The notes under the pieces: model-generated | Databases searched by the model: none | What the model was told of the DNA's origin: nothing | Seen by the model: only the letters and a program-made list of their open reading frames with translations | From: a phage | Assembly (NCBI GenBank): GCA_019844455.1 | Contig: GCA_019844455.1_3938.1 | Length of the DNA: 51,650 bases | Direction: 5' to 3' (one strand) | Shown here: positions 33,477 to 42,600 of the stretch, piece after piece | Position numbering within the stretch: position 1 is the stretch's first letter | Layout of the letters: every line of letters begins with the position of its first letter | Translations under genes and position numbers: made by a program

Positions 33477-35454
33477 AGGTCGTAAATTGAAAGAGGCTGG
33501 TCAGTTTGTTGGTCATTGTGCATGTCCACGTTGTGGTTCATCAGATGCTGGTTCAATCTATCATCATGACGATGATTCTTATTCAATGACTTGCTTTAGT
33601 TGTAACAAAGGTTTCCCAGAGTGGGATTTTGATAAAGGACAAATCGTGAGCACTTATTCTACTGGTTCAGACAATAAAAACCGTACTTTCCGTGGAATGG
33701 ATTTAGACGATGTGAAAGAAAACCTTGAAGCAATGGACTTAAAGGATAGGAAGATTCCTGCAAAAGTCCTTGAACGCTTAGGTATCAAGGTTGACATTGA
33801 CAGTGATGGTGAAATTGATGCGCACTTCTATCCAACTTACAAACGTAATGAAGATGGTAAGCTAGAACATGTTGGTTACCGTGTTCGTCATCGTTACCCA
33901 GAAGACCATCCAAAAGAGCACCTACGTGGTAAGCTAAAAGACTTTTCTGGTGGTGTTGGAGACATTAAAGGTGAACTGGCAATGTTCGGTTCATGGATTG
34001 CTCCAGAAGGTGGTAACCGTCTATTCATCTGGGAAGGTGAGATGGAATGTGCGACAGCAATCTATATGACCTCTCTTGCGATTAAAGACAAGTCTCGTCG
34101 TAAGAATTACTGTCATGTATCTGTTCCGTCAGGTGCAAACATCAAGTCTATCAAAGATAACTATCAGTACATCACATCATTTGATGAGATTTACTTGTGC
34201 TTTGATAATGATGAAGCAGGTGCTAAAGCTACCAAAGAGGCTGCTGGTATCTTACCTATTGAGAAGGTTCGTTTATTCCAGTATCCAGAAGGTGTAAAAG
34301 ACCTTAATGAATGGTGGACAAAGTTCTATAAAGAAAAAGACACAGTTCTTGAAGGGTTTAAGCAGCGTATCTACAATGCACCTCGTTATTGCCCTGCTGG
34401 TATCAAGAACTTTGCAGATGGTTTTGAGGCAATGAAGAATCGTGGTCAGATTCCATTGATTCCTTTCCCAGAGTCTTTCGGGGATTTGAATAGACTGACT
34501 TATGGTGGTTATGGTTTAGGTGAGATTACGACTATTGCAGCACCATCTTCAGTAGGTAAGTCAGCTTACACTCGCGAGATGATTTATTCAGCTTGGAAAG
34601 AAACTGATTACAATATCGGTGTAATTCCTGTAGAAGATACTTACGAAGAACTTATGGAAATGCTCTGTGCAATCCACCTGAGCAAGCAGATTTCTGAGAT
34701 TCCTTATGACGAACGTGATTGGGATGAATTGAAGGAGGCACACGCAGAACTATCTAAAGGTCGTCGTATCCACATCGTAGACCATCAAGGGGCAATTGAC
34801 CAAGATAACTTGCTGGAGTTTGTTGACTATCTTGTTAACAGCCTAGATTGTAAGATTATCATTCTTGACCCTATTACATTGGCTCTGTCACGTTCAGATA
34901 CGGATGAAGAGGAAGTTTTGTCTGAGCTATTGCGTCGTTGCAAACGCTACCAGTATGCGCAGGTAAACGTATGTCACGTTCGTAAGAGTGCAGGTGGTCA
35001 GAAAGCTAACTCTGAAGGTGGGGATATCTCTGAAGAGGATATCAAGGGTTCTGGTGCGTATTTCCAGATTTCCATGAATAATATTTTGTTAATGCGTAAC
35101 AAGGTTGACCCAGACCCTGTTAAGAAAAACTTGACAAAAATCAAGTTAACTAAATGTCGTCGTCACGGTAAGTCAACGGGTATTGCTGGTCATACTTGGT
35201 ACAATCCAGATACAGGACGTCTTATCAAAGCTTCTGGATGTGGAGTTGACATTGATGGTGCAGCAGAAAATATTCGTCAACAGTTTGGTATTGGTGAAGC
35301 TGAAGACCATTACGATGACTCTTTGCCACATTATGAGGATGAAGTGTTTGACCGTGAGACTGGTGAAGTTTATACTGAAGAACAGCGTCAAAGTTCAACG
35401 ATTCCACCTGTATTAAGTGAGGATGCAGATGACTGCCCGTTTGAAACTGAGTGA
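33469..35454 (+). CDS. DNA primase/helicase (T7 gp4-like)
   Basis: N-terminal zinc ribbon CPRCGS...CFSCN; TOPRIM-like FDNDEAGAKAT; DnaB-like Walker A APSSVGKS. Confidence 0.85.
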   Translation: MSKGRKLKEAGQFVGHCACPRCGSSDAGSIYHHDDDSYSMTCFSCNKGFPEWDFDKGQIVSTYSTGSDNKNRTFRGMDLDDVKENLEAMDLKDRKIPAKVLERLGIKVDIDSDGEIDAHFYPTYKRNEDGKLEHVGYRVRHRYPEDHPKEHLRGKLKDFSGGVGDIKGELAMFGSWIAPEGGNRLFIWEGEMECATAIYMTSLAIKDKSRRKNYCHVSVPSGANIKSIKDNYQYITSFDEIYLCFDNDEAGAKATKEAAGILPIEKVRLFQYPEGVKDLNEWWTKFYKEKDTVLEGFKQRIYNAPRYCPAGIKNFADGFEAMKNRGQIPLIPFPESFGDLNRLTYGGYGLGEITTIAAPSSVGKSAYTREMIYSAWKETDYNIGVIPVEDTYEELMEMLCAIHLSKQISEIPYDERDWDELKEAHAELSKGRRIHIVDHQGAIDQDNLLEFVDYLVNSLDCKIIILDPITLALSRSDTDEEEVLSELLRRCKRYQYAQVNVCHVRKSAGGQKANSEGGDISEEDIKGSGAYFQISMNNILLMRNKVDPDPVKKNLTKIKLTKCRRHGKSTGIAGHTWYNPDTGRLIKASGCGVDIDGAAENIRQQFGIGEAEDHYDDSLPHYEDEVFDRETGEVYTEEQRQSSTIPPVLSEDADDCPFETE

Positions 35455-35524
35455 TAGTTATAAAAGAGATGGGTTCATACCCTTCTTTGAAGAAAAAAGT
35501 TTAAATAAATTTCAGGAAGAGTGT

Positions 35525-35553
35525 TTGACAAAGATTGATAGGTTCTATAGAAT
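35525..35553 (+). promoter_or_regulatory. candidate sigma70-like promoter
   Basis: TTGACA-N17-TAGAAT just downstream of primase-helicase stop. Confidence 0.45.
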
Positions 35554-35706
35554 GCTCCTCATGAAATGCGATGGGGAGGTTGCTATAAAAGAAGATTCCT
35601 ACCAAAGCACGATTACAGTCATCATTACACTGCCTCAGCATAATATTAGTTGGCTGTTTATAATTAAAGAAAATGTGTTTGAATATCAAGTATATCGGAG
35701 AATATC

Positions 35707-35853
35707 ATGAAACACTCTAAAGCATTTGAAAAAGTTTTTGGGGATTCCTTAAAATCCACTGCTGGAAAACCAGCAAAATACTATGAAGAGAAGCGTGTAA
35801 GAACTGGAAAAACTGCACGTAAAGCGGCTTCTAAAGATAAGCACAACTTCCAG
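35707..35853 (+). CDS. candidate small basic protein (48 aa), not in ORF track
   Basis: ATG..TAA ORF MKHSKAFEKVFGDSLKSTAGKPAKYYEEKRVRTGKTARKAASKDKHNF; below 60-aa cutoff. Confidence 0.3.
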
Positions 35854-35863
35854 TAATTAATGT

Positions 35864-35892
35864 TTGACAATAGAGTATCAACAAATTAGAAT
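35864..35892 (+). promoter_or_regulatory. candidate sigma70-like promoter
   Basis: TTGACA-N17-TAGAAT 37 nt upstream of SSB-candidate start. Confidence 0.5.
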
Positions 35893-35928
35893 TGGTACTC
35901 TTCATAAATTGAGATAGAGGTTTAAATA

Positions 35929-36786
35929 ATGTCTAAAGTTGTTAAAATGAAAGCTCCGGTAGAGAAGTACAACGGTACTGAACGTCAAACTCTGCGTTAC
36001 CTACTGAAAGATGTCTGGTTTTATTACCTGAATACTTCACCACGTCCGGGAAAAGGTAAGTCTATTGATAAGAAATTCCCAGGCAAAGACTGTAACTACA
36101 GCGTATCAATTCTGGCAGAAGACGGTAACAAACTGTTTAAAGAGTTTACTAAGTCTAAGAAAAATCCAGAAGGTTGGGATAAAGTCACTACTGAAGCAGT
36201 TGATGCAGACGACTTCGAAGAGAAGTTTGGTTGTAAACCACCTTTTGAAGCAGACACTTACTACATCTTGAAAGTAAGTCGTGCAGCAGCTTATAAAGAT
36301 GGTGCTGTATGGACAGCTAAACAGTCATTCCCTGTTATGCTTATTGAAGAAGTAAATGGTAAGCGTGTAGCTGTTAAGCAGCCGATGAAGAAAATCAAAG
36401 CTCAAGCATCTGATAAACATGAAGATGATAAGAACTATGATGTAATTCATCCAGATATTGCAGTTGGTAACGGTTCTTTTGGTAGTGTGATTCTTTCTAC
36501 TCACTTCTACACTTTTGAGAACAATGTTCTGACAAAACCTATTCAGGAACAGTTTATCATTGATACTCTTGTACCTTACACTGGTGGTAACGGTGCTAAC
36601 GGTGAACCTGAACTGGATGAAGACGAACTAGCTATGCTTGGTCTTGATGGTGTCGAAGATAACGGTGAAATCACTGAAGAAGACGCAACAGACCATAAAT
36701 CTTCGAATGAGTCTGATGATGGTGATGATGAAGATTTGCCAGACCCAGATGACGAAGAAGATGAAGACTTCGATACAGAAGACTAA
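35929..36786 (+). CDS. putative single-stranded DNA-binding protein with acidic C-terminal tail
   Basis: 285 aa; C-terminal 60 aa extremely acidic, ending EDEDFDTED (T7 gp2.5-like tail); own promoter; globular part not confidently aligned. Confidence 0.45.
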   Translation: MSKVVKMKAPVEKYNGTERQTLRYLLKDVWFYYLNTSPRPGKGKSIDKKFPGKDCNYSVSILAEDGNKLFKEFTKSKKNPEGWDKVTTEAVDADDFEEKFGCKPPFEADTYYILKVSRAAAYKDGAVWTAKQSFPVMLIEEVNGKRVAVKQPMKKIKAQASDKHEDDKNYDVIHPDIAVGNGSFGSVILSTHFYTFENNVLTKPIQEQFIIDTLVPYTGGNGANGEPELDEDELAMLGLDGVEDNGEITEEDATDHKSSNESDDGDDEDLPDPDDEEDEDFDTED

Positions 36787-36848
36787 TCTTTAAAAGTTAC
36801 TTTAAAGCCCTGTACTTAGTATGGGGCTTTTTCATATGGAGAGTCACA

Positions 36849-37889
36849 ATGGAGAAGTACACGCTAACAAAACTTCCCGATTCAGTTACACATGTCTTTA
36901 TTGACTCTGATAGTATTGCCTATAAAGGTGCTTGTGTAGTTGAGAAAGCAAAATATAAGTATGTCAATAAACTCACAGCAGAAGAATCTGAACCATTTGA
37001 TAATGCAAAAGATGCGGCAAGATGGTTAGCAGACCAGAGAATCCTTGTGGAAGAACTTGGCCTGACATTTGATGAAGATGAATGGGAAAGACAGACTTGG
37101 AAAGAAGCTAAGAGTGAAAAAGAAGCTATCATGGCTACTCAGCAGGTTCTTCAGGAATGGCTTAAGGTTGTTGGTAAAGAAAGAACTTGGGTAGGTTACT
37201 TAACAGAGAAGGGTGTACATAAACATAAAGACATTAAAGGTCTTGAGCACCAATATCAAGGTAACCGTAAAGAGGCTGTCACACCAACACACTTAGTTGC
37301 TTGTCGCGAATATCTTCTGTCAAGACCAGAGTTTAAACTCTTAAAGGGTGGCTTCGAAGCCGATTCCATCGTAATTGCTAAAGCTGAAAAGATGGGTAAG
37401 AAGGCTGCTCTTATGAGTATTGACAAAGACCTTCGACAAGCTGAAGGTACTTATTGTATTGATATGACTTATGAAAAGTCACCACTAATTTTTATTGCTG
37501 ACAATAATGTTGGTGATATCTGGGATTGTCCTATCAAATCAAAACCAAAAGCTGCAAAAACAGTTGGTGTAGGTTTTAAATTTTTGTGTTATCAGGCTGT
37601 TGCTGGAGATAATGCAGACAACTACTTCGGCCTTAAAGGTGCTGGAAAAGTAGCTGTGATGAATGCTTTAGAGGGTAAAGAGACCTATAAAGAGTGTCTT
37701 GATGCTATCTATGAACTCTATGCTAAAAAAGAGTCTTACACCTATGTGTCATGGGATGGACAGACTGTTACCAAAACACCATTAGAGTTAATGGAACAAC
37801 ATTTCTGGATAGCATATCAAGAGAGAAATCCAAAAGATAATTTCTCTTTTAAGAAATATAATTGGGAGCCGTGTATGAATGAAGATTAA
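36849..37889 (+). CDS. putative 5'-3' exonuclease (T7 gp6-like)
   Basis: Acidic clusters FIDSDSIAY, SIDKDL, AGDNADNYFGLKGAGK resemble FEN/T7 gp6 metal-binding and H3TH motifs; RBS GGAGAG. Confidence 0.55.
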   Translation: MEKYTLTKLPDSVTHVFIDSDSIAYKGACVVEKAKYKYVNKLTAEESEPFDNAKDAARWLADQRILVEELGLTFDEDEWERQTWKEAKSEKEAIMATQQVLQEWLKVVGKERTWVGYLTEKGVHKHKDIKGLEHQYQGNRKEAVTPTHLVACREYLLSRPEFKLLKGGFEADSIVIAKAEKMGKKAALMSIDKDLRQAEGTYCIDMTYEKSPLIFIADNNVGDIWDCPIKSKPKAAKTVGVGFKFLCYQAVAGDNADNYFGLKGAGKVAVMNALEGKETYKECLDAIYELYAKKESYTYVSWDGQTVTKTPLELMEQHFWIAYQERNPKDNFSFKKYNWEPCMNED

Positions 37890-38376
37890 AGGATTTGGCA
37901 ATTGTCCCACCTATGGTCATTGGGTATCTTTGTGTGGGGAAGTTGACCCCACTAAACATTTTGGTTTTGTCTATTTAGTATACTGTAAGAAAACCGGACA
38001 ATATTATATCGGAAAGAAACAACTTAATAGTGTGACCAAAAGAAAAGTTGCTGGCAAGACTCGGAAGAAGGTAGTCACTAAGGAAAGTGATTGGATGACT
38101 TATGAGACTTCTTCTGAGTATATTAAAAAAGATATTGAGAGCTTTGGAAAAGAATTTTTTGACTTTTACATTATCCAGACCTACTGCACAAAAGGTGGGC
38201 TAGTTTATGGTGAAGCAAACCTTCAACATAAATTCGATGTAATGACAAAAAGGATTGACTCTAAGCTCAGACTCTTCTACAATGCCAATATTGCAGCAAT
38301 TAAGTTTATTACTAAAGAAACTTATGAAGATGCTGAAAAAAGAATCCATAAGGTAATGAAAGCAAATTGTGCTTGA
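37879..38376 (+). CDS. GIY-YIG domain nuclease (possible homing endonuclease)
   Basis: FGFVYLVYCKKTGQYYIGKK matches GIY-x10-YIG spacing; start overlaps last 11 nt of exonuclease gene. Confidence 0.5.
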   Translation: MKIKGFGNCPTYGHWVSLCGEVDPTKHFGFVYLVYCKKTGQYYIGKKQLNSVTKRKVAGKTRKKVVTKESDWMTYETSSEYIKKDIESFGKEFFDFYIIQTYCTKGGLVYGEANLQHKFDVMTKRIDSKLRLFYNANIAAIKFITKETYEDAEKRIHKVMKANCA

Positions 38377-38397
38377 TAACTATTGAGAGAGAATAAA

Positions 38398-38646
38398 ATG
38401 TTTAACAAAAGTAAAGCTGTGAGTCATGTAGCAAAAGTTGACAGCAAGATTGAAGAACTTGGGCGCATTCTTGCAAATGCCAGAGAGTCAATAATTAGAG
38501 AAGTTGAAGCTGTTGAATCTCAAATGCAGCACCTAATGCTTAAACGTCAAGAGCTACGTGAGCATCTGGAATATATTGAAACACGAGAGCTAAAGGTTAA
38601 CAGATATTTTAAGGAGTCCAAATGTTTAACTCAAGAGAATCAGTAA
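38398..38646 (+). CDS. hypothetical small coiled-coil protein
   Basis: ATG at 38398 with GAGAGAG RBS (track start 38383 is TTG). Confidence 0.4.
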   Translation: MFNKSKAVSHVAKVDSKIEELGRILANARESIIREVEAVESQMQHLMLKRQELREHLEYIETRELKVNRYFKESKCLTQENQ

Positions 38647-39377
38647 AAAACTGGAATCTTCGTTGTGGGAACACTCAAAAGCAACCTTACAGTAATGAGT
38701 ATTGGGAATCTTTGAAATCTCAATCTCTATGTATGCTTGAAGAAGCAAAAGAGCTTGTAAAAGCAATTGAAGAGAAAGACCCCATTGAGACACTTGATGC
38801 TCAGGCAGATTTGCAATATGTCCTTGACGGTTTGATTTACCTGTCACAACATGACCATAATGGTGCTATGGAAGCTGTTTGCCATAATAATGACCTGAAG
38901 TATACAGACGACTATGAAGAAGCTTTAAAGCGTCTTGCAGATATTGAGAAGCGTACTGGTCAAGAGTGTATCATCAGAATGTCAGTAGTTGATGGTAAAG
39001 AGTGGTATGCGATTGTTCGTGCAGCCGATGGGAAGATTATGAAGCAATCAAATCTCCCTAAAGTACAGCTTGGTGAATACATTGTAGAGCTTGAAAGCCA
39101 AGAACTTTTTGTGGTAGTATCTGAGACATGCGTTATCTGCAAAGGTATTGTATGTAGCTTAAAGGATTTGGGTGTAGATGGTTTTGTAGAAGTTAATCCA
39201 ATTACCTCTAAAGCAGATAAAGATTTCTGTAAAGAGAATGGACTATGGATTGCAGATATTGTCTACTATGATGGTGAGCAGTTCCATGTAACCTCATACC
39301 CGAAACTGAATTATGATGCTAATAACCTGAAGTGCTGGTTAAAAGGGGTTGGTTATAATGGATTCACAGAACATTAA
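38622..39377 (+). CDS. MazG-like nucleotide pyrophosphohydrolase domain protein (putative)
   Basis: N-terminal EEAKELVKAIEEKD...TLDAQADLQYVLDGLIYLS fits the EExxEL...D-helix pattern of all-alpha NTP pyrophosphatases; RBS AAGGAG. Confidence 0.45.
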   Translation: MFNSRESVKNWNLRCGNTQKQPYSNEYWESLKSQSLCMLEEAKELVKAIEEKDPIETLDAQADLQYVLDGLIYLSQHDHNGAMEAVCHNNDLKYTDDYEEALKRLADIEKRTGQECIIRMSVVDGKEWYAIVRAADGKIMKQSNLPKVQLGEYIVELESQELFVVVSETCVICKGIVCSLKDLGVDGFVEVNPITSKADKDFCKENGLWIADIVYYDGEQFHVTSYPKLNYDANNLKCWLKGVGYNGFTEH

Positions 39378-39681
39378 TAAAGAAGGTGTGGCTCAGAAGA
39401 GCCACTTCTCAAACTACAATATTTCTATGACGGTGTTTATGAATGACCCGTTACTTGAGAAGTATGGTGAGACTCCAGATACACTTCTGGATAATGAACA
39501 AGTTTTAAAAGCAGTCCTGTACAAATACGGGATTGATATTGAGAAAGAGTATTCTTTTGAAATCTGTCAACACAGGAATACTTTTGGTAAAGTTGTAATG
39601 GCTCCACTCTTCATGGGTGTAGAAAGAACTGACTATGGTTGGTTATATCTAAAAAGAAACTTGGAGAAATACCGTGTCTAA
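39358..39681 (+). CDS. hypothetical protein
   Basis: ATG at 39358 with AAGGGG RBS. Confidence 0.4.
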   Translation: MDSQNINKEGVAQKSHFSNYNISMTVFMNDPLLEKYGETPDTLLDNEQVLKAVLYKYGIDIEKEYSFEICQHRNTFGKVVMAPLFMGVERTDYGWLYLKRNLEKYRV

Positions 39682-40006
39682 AGCAAAAAAGTTATCTTAT
39701 GATGACATTATCTCAGGTGCTAAATTAGGTGTTGATAGTATCGGACAAGATGTTAAGCACGGAGACACAGTTATGTACTGTGACGACCGAAGAGGCAGAA
39801 GTGCAATCTTGTTTGGAAGAGTTGTTTGCAAGATGCGAGGTAATTACGTTGTTGAAGACATGAATGTGGATGTCACAAAACAGCTTGAAATAATTATGAA
39901 TAGTAATATATCATGGTTCGTCAATTGTATGCACACTTCGTCAGTCACAAAGGTAAGTGATAAGTTTTACGATATGTGGCAGAATGAGCAAATTTTCAAG
40001 ATTTAA
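39674..40006 (+). CDS. hypothetical protein
   Basis: GTG start with GGAG RBS; 110 aa. Confidence 0.4.
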   Translation: MSKAKKLSYDDIISGAKLGVDSIGQDVKHGDTVMYCDDRRGRSAILFGRVVCKMRGNYVVEDMNVDVTKQLEIIMNSNISWFVNCMHTSSVTKVSDKFYDMWQNEQIFKI

Positions 40007-40012
40007 ACTAGG

Positions 40013-40035
40013 GAGCCTCTTCGGAGGCTCTTCTC
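40013..40035 (+). terminator. stem-loop/terminator upstream of nrdA
   Basis: GAGCCTC-TTCG-GAGGCTC perfect 7-bp stem with tetraloop, followed by T-rich TTCTCATCTG. Confidence 0.5.
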
Positions 40036-40052
40036 ATCTGTAGGATTCAAAA

Positions 40053-42287
40053 ATGATTAAGACAATTAAAAAATCAAACGGTACAGTAGTAAGCTTTGAC
40101 CCAGAAAGACTGAATAAGTGGGCATCATGGGCAGATAAGCGTGGAATTATCTGGTCAGAAGTCACTATGGAAGCTATGAAGCGTGTCTATGAAGGTTGCA
40201 CTACAAAAGAGATGCACCAAGCTATGATTGATGTTTGTGTTGATAAACAAACTCAAGAGTACTCAGACATGGCTGGACGGCTACTTCTGGGTATTATCTA
40301 CAAAGAAGCCTTTGGAGGCTTTACTAAGGTTCCTACGCTGGTTACCTTCGTTAAAAATATGGAGAGAGCAGGACTTTGGGAGAAGATGGATTATTCACAG
40401 GAAGAACTTGAATACCTGCAAGGCTACATCGTGCACTCAAAAGATATCTCTTACGGCTATGCAGTGTTGAAACAGTTCAGAGACAAGTATGGTATCCGTG
40501 ATATTAAAACGGGAAGACTTTTTGAGTCACCACAATTTATGTTTATGGGTATGGCTATGAAAGCCTTTGAGAAGCAACCAAAGCACCGTAGACTGCAAGA
40601 TGTTATCAAGCTGTACACTTACCTATCTGACCTGAAGATTAACGCCCCTACACCTTATTTAAACGGTTTAAGAGCAACTAAATCAGGCTATGCGTCATGC
40701 TGTTTGATTAAGGCAAATGACACTGCCGAATCTCTCGGTATTGCTGCAAAGGTTGCTTATGACATGACTACAAAGCAAGCTGGTATCGGGATGCTGATGG
40801 AGACTCGCACTATTGGTGATGGTATCCGTCAAAACACGATTGAGCACATGGGTAAGCTGCCTTATTATAAGCTTGTACGTTCATCTGTAGAGGCAAACAA
40901 ACAGAAGAGTCGTGGTGGTTCAGCTAATAACTTCTACACTGCTCTAGACCCGCAGATTGAAGATTTACTGCGTTTGAAGCACCCTACAACGGTTCCTTCT
41001 AAACGTATTAATGAGATGGACTACTCATTCGGTACAAACGATTATTTCTGGCAGTGTGTTCAGTATGATACGGATTGGTTGCTATTCTCTTACAGAGATG
41101 CACCAAAACTCTATGACATGTTCTACACAGCATCTGCTGATGAGTTTGCTATGGCAGTTGGTCACGCAGTACATTCAGGAGTTAAGCACAGACGAGTAAA
41201 GGCTCGTGAAATTGCCAAGCTGTTTATTCAACAGCGTTATGCTACAGGTCGTGTGTATCCATTCTTCACTAACAATGCGAACACACATACACCATTTAAA
41301 GAACCATTGAAGATGTCAAATCTTTGTATGGAAATTGTGTTGCCAGTGTATGGTTTTGAGAAAGAGACAGACCTTTACAGAGACGATGCTGTGAAAGAGG
41401 ATGGTGAGGTGGCTCTTTGCTTCCTAGCTAGTTTGGTTGCAGGGAGAATTTCAGAAGATGAATACGCTGACGTTGCTTATTATGCTCTTGCAATGGTTGA
41501 CTCCGTTATTGACCTTATGGATTATCCGTATCCGTCGATGCGTAACCATGTTCAGAAGCGTCGTTCTGTTGGGATTGGCCTTACAAATGTGGCTCATTAC
41601 CTTGCGAAGAACTACGTGAACTACTCTTCACGAGCAGGTAAAACGAAACTTCATGAACTGGCAGAGATGCACTCTTACTATCTGCATGAAGCCTCTCTGA
41701 GACTTGCTAAAGAGCGTGGCGTTCCAGAATACATGAAGTTCACTAAGTATCCTGAAGGCTGGGTTCCTCCGAAGACATCTAACAGGAAGATTGATGAGAA
41801 GCATGATGCAAAACTTCGTTATGATTGGGATGACTTAGCACAACGTATTAAAGAAAATGGTGGAATCCGTAACTCTGTATTAGAAGCTTACATGCCTAAT
41901 GAGAGTTCTTCACTGGCAACTAATACGACAAATGGCTTGTATCCAATTCGTGACTTTATTTTAACTAAAAAGTCTGCAACTGGTAACGTACTGTTTATTG
42001 TTCCAGATTATGAAGAGTTGAAGTATGTCTATGAAATTGCTTGGGATATTGACACCTTTGACCTAATTGATTGTTATGCAATTGTTCAAAAGTTCACTGG
42101 TCAAGCTATCTCTTCAGATTTCTATGTTGACTACGCAAAAGCGAAGAAGGTATCATTGGCTCAAGCTTTGAAGTATATGATTTATGCCAACTCAGTAGGT
42201 ATGAAAACCATGTACTACCTTAACAGCCGCATTGGTGTAGGTAAATCTGCACTGCAAGATGCTTATTGCGAGGGTTGTGGTGTTTAG
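40053..42287 (+). CDS. nrdA: ribonucleotide reductase class I large subunit
   Basis: N-terminal ATP-cone (KSNGTVVSFDPERL), active-site SNLCMEI, C-terminal Cys pair CEGCG; 744 aa. Confidence 0.9.
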   Translation: MIKTIKKSNGTVVSFDPERLNKWASWADKRGIIWSEVTMEAMKRVYEGCTTKEMHQAMIDVCVDKQTQEYSDMAGRLLLGIIYKEAFGGFTKVPTLVTFVKNMERAGLWEKMDYSQEELEYLQGYIVHSKDISYGYAVLKQFRDKYGIRDIKTGRLFESPQFMFMGMAMKAFEKQPKHRRLQDVIKLYTYLSDLKINAPTPYLNGLRATKSGYASCCLIKANDTAESLGIAAKVAYDMTTKQAGIGMLMETRTIGDGIRQNTIEHMGKLPYYKLVRSSVEANKQKSRGGSANNFYTALDPQIEDLLRLKHPTTVPSKRINEMDYSFGTNDYFWQCVQYDTDWLLFSYRDAPKLYDMFYTASADEFAMAVGHAVHSGVKHRRVKAREIAKLFIQQRYATGRVYPFFTNNANTHTPFKEPLKMSNLCMEIVLPVYGFEKETDLYRDDAVKEDGEVALCFLASLVAGRISEDEYADVAYYALAMVDSVIDLMDYPYPSMRNHVQKRRSVGIGLTNVAHYLAKNYVNYSSRAGKTKLHELAEMHSYYLHEASLRLAKERGVPEYMKFTKYPEGWVPPKTSNRKIDEKHDAKLRYDWDDLAQRIKENGGIRNSVLEAYMPNESSSLATNTTNGLYPIRDFILTKKSATGNVLFIVPDYEELKYVYEIAWDIDTFDLIDCYAIVQKFTGQAISSDFYVDYAKAKKVSLAQALKYMIYANSVGMKTMYYLNSRIGVGKSALQDAYCEGCGV

Positions 42288-42300
42288 TTTTAACAACTAT

Positions 42301-42320
42301 GAGGGTCGTAAAAGACCCTC
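42301..42320 (+). promoter_or_regulatory. stem-loop between nrdA and next ORF
   Basis: GAGGGTC-GTAAAA-GACCCTC perfect 7-bp stem; no downstream U-tract, so not a classical terminator. Confidence 0.4.
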
Positions 42321-42342
42321 TAAAAATAACTTTGGAGAGAGT

Positions 42343-42600
42343 ATGAAGGACTTAATAGAAAAACATGAGCGACCAATATACTTGCTCTACAAACCCCGCA
42401 AAACATTGTACTATGTGAGCAGCACAGGTATCATGATAAAGCAGAATGATGACTTATGGGTCACTGGAGCCTCTTACATCTCTACAGCAGATGGTAAAAT
42501 CTACGCAAGACCTTATGAGATGTTTAACAAAGAAAATTGGGAAGTTTTAGACAGAAAACAAGCCTTAGAAATGATAAAGAAAGGAGAAATCACGCTATGA
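42343..42600 (+). CDS. hypothetical protein between nrdA and nrdB
   Basis: 85-aa ORF from ATG with GGAGAGAG RBS; ATGA overlap with nrdB start. Confidence 0.4.
   Translation: MKDLIEKHERPIYLLYKPRKTLYYVSSTGIMIKQNDDLWVTGASYISTADGKIYARPYEMFNKENWEVLDRKQALEMIKKGEITL

Noticed and set aside
35417-35710. 97-aa ORF overlapping the 3' end of the primase-helicase gene
   Set aside because: Start lies inside the primase-helicase coding region without RBS, and the ORF contains the candidate promoter at 35525; more likely non-coding leader, though its 3' part could be translated
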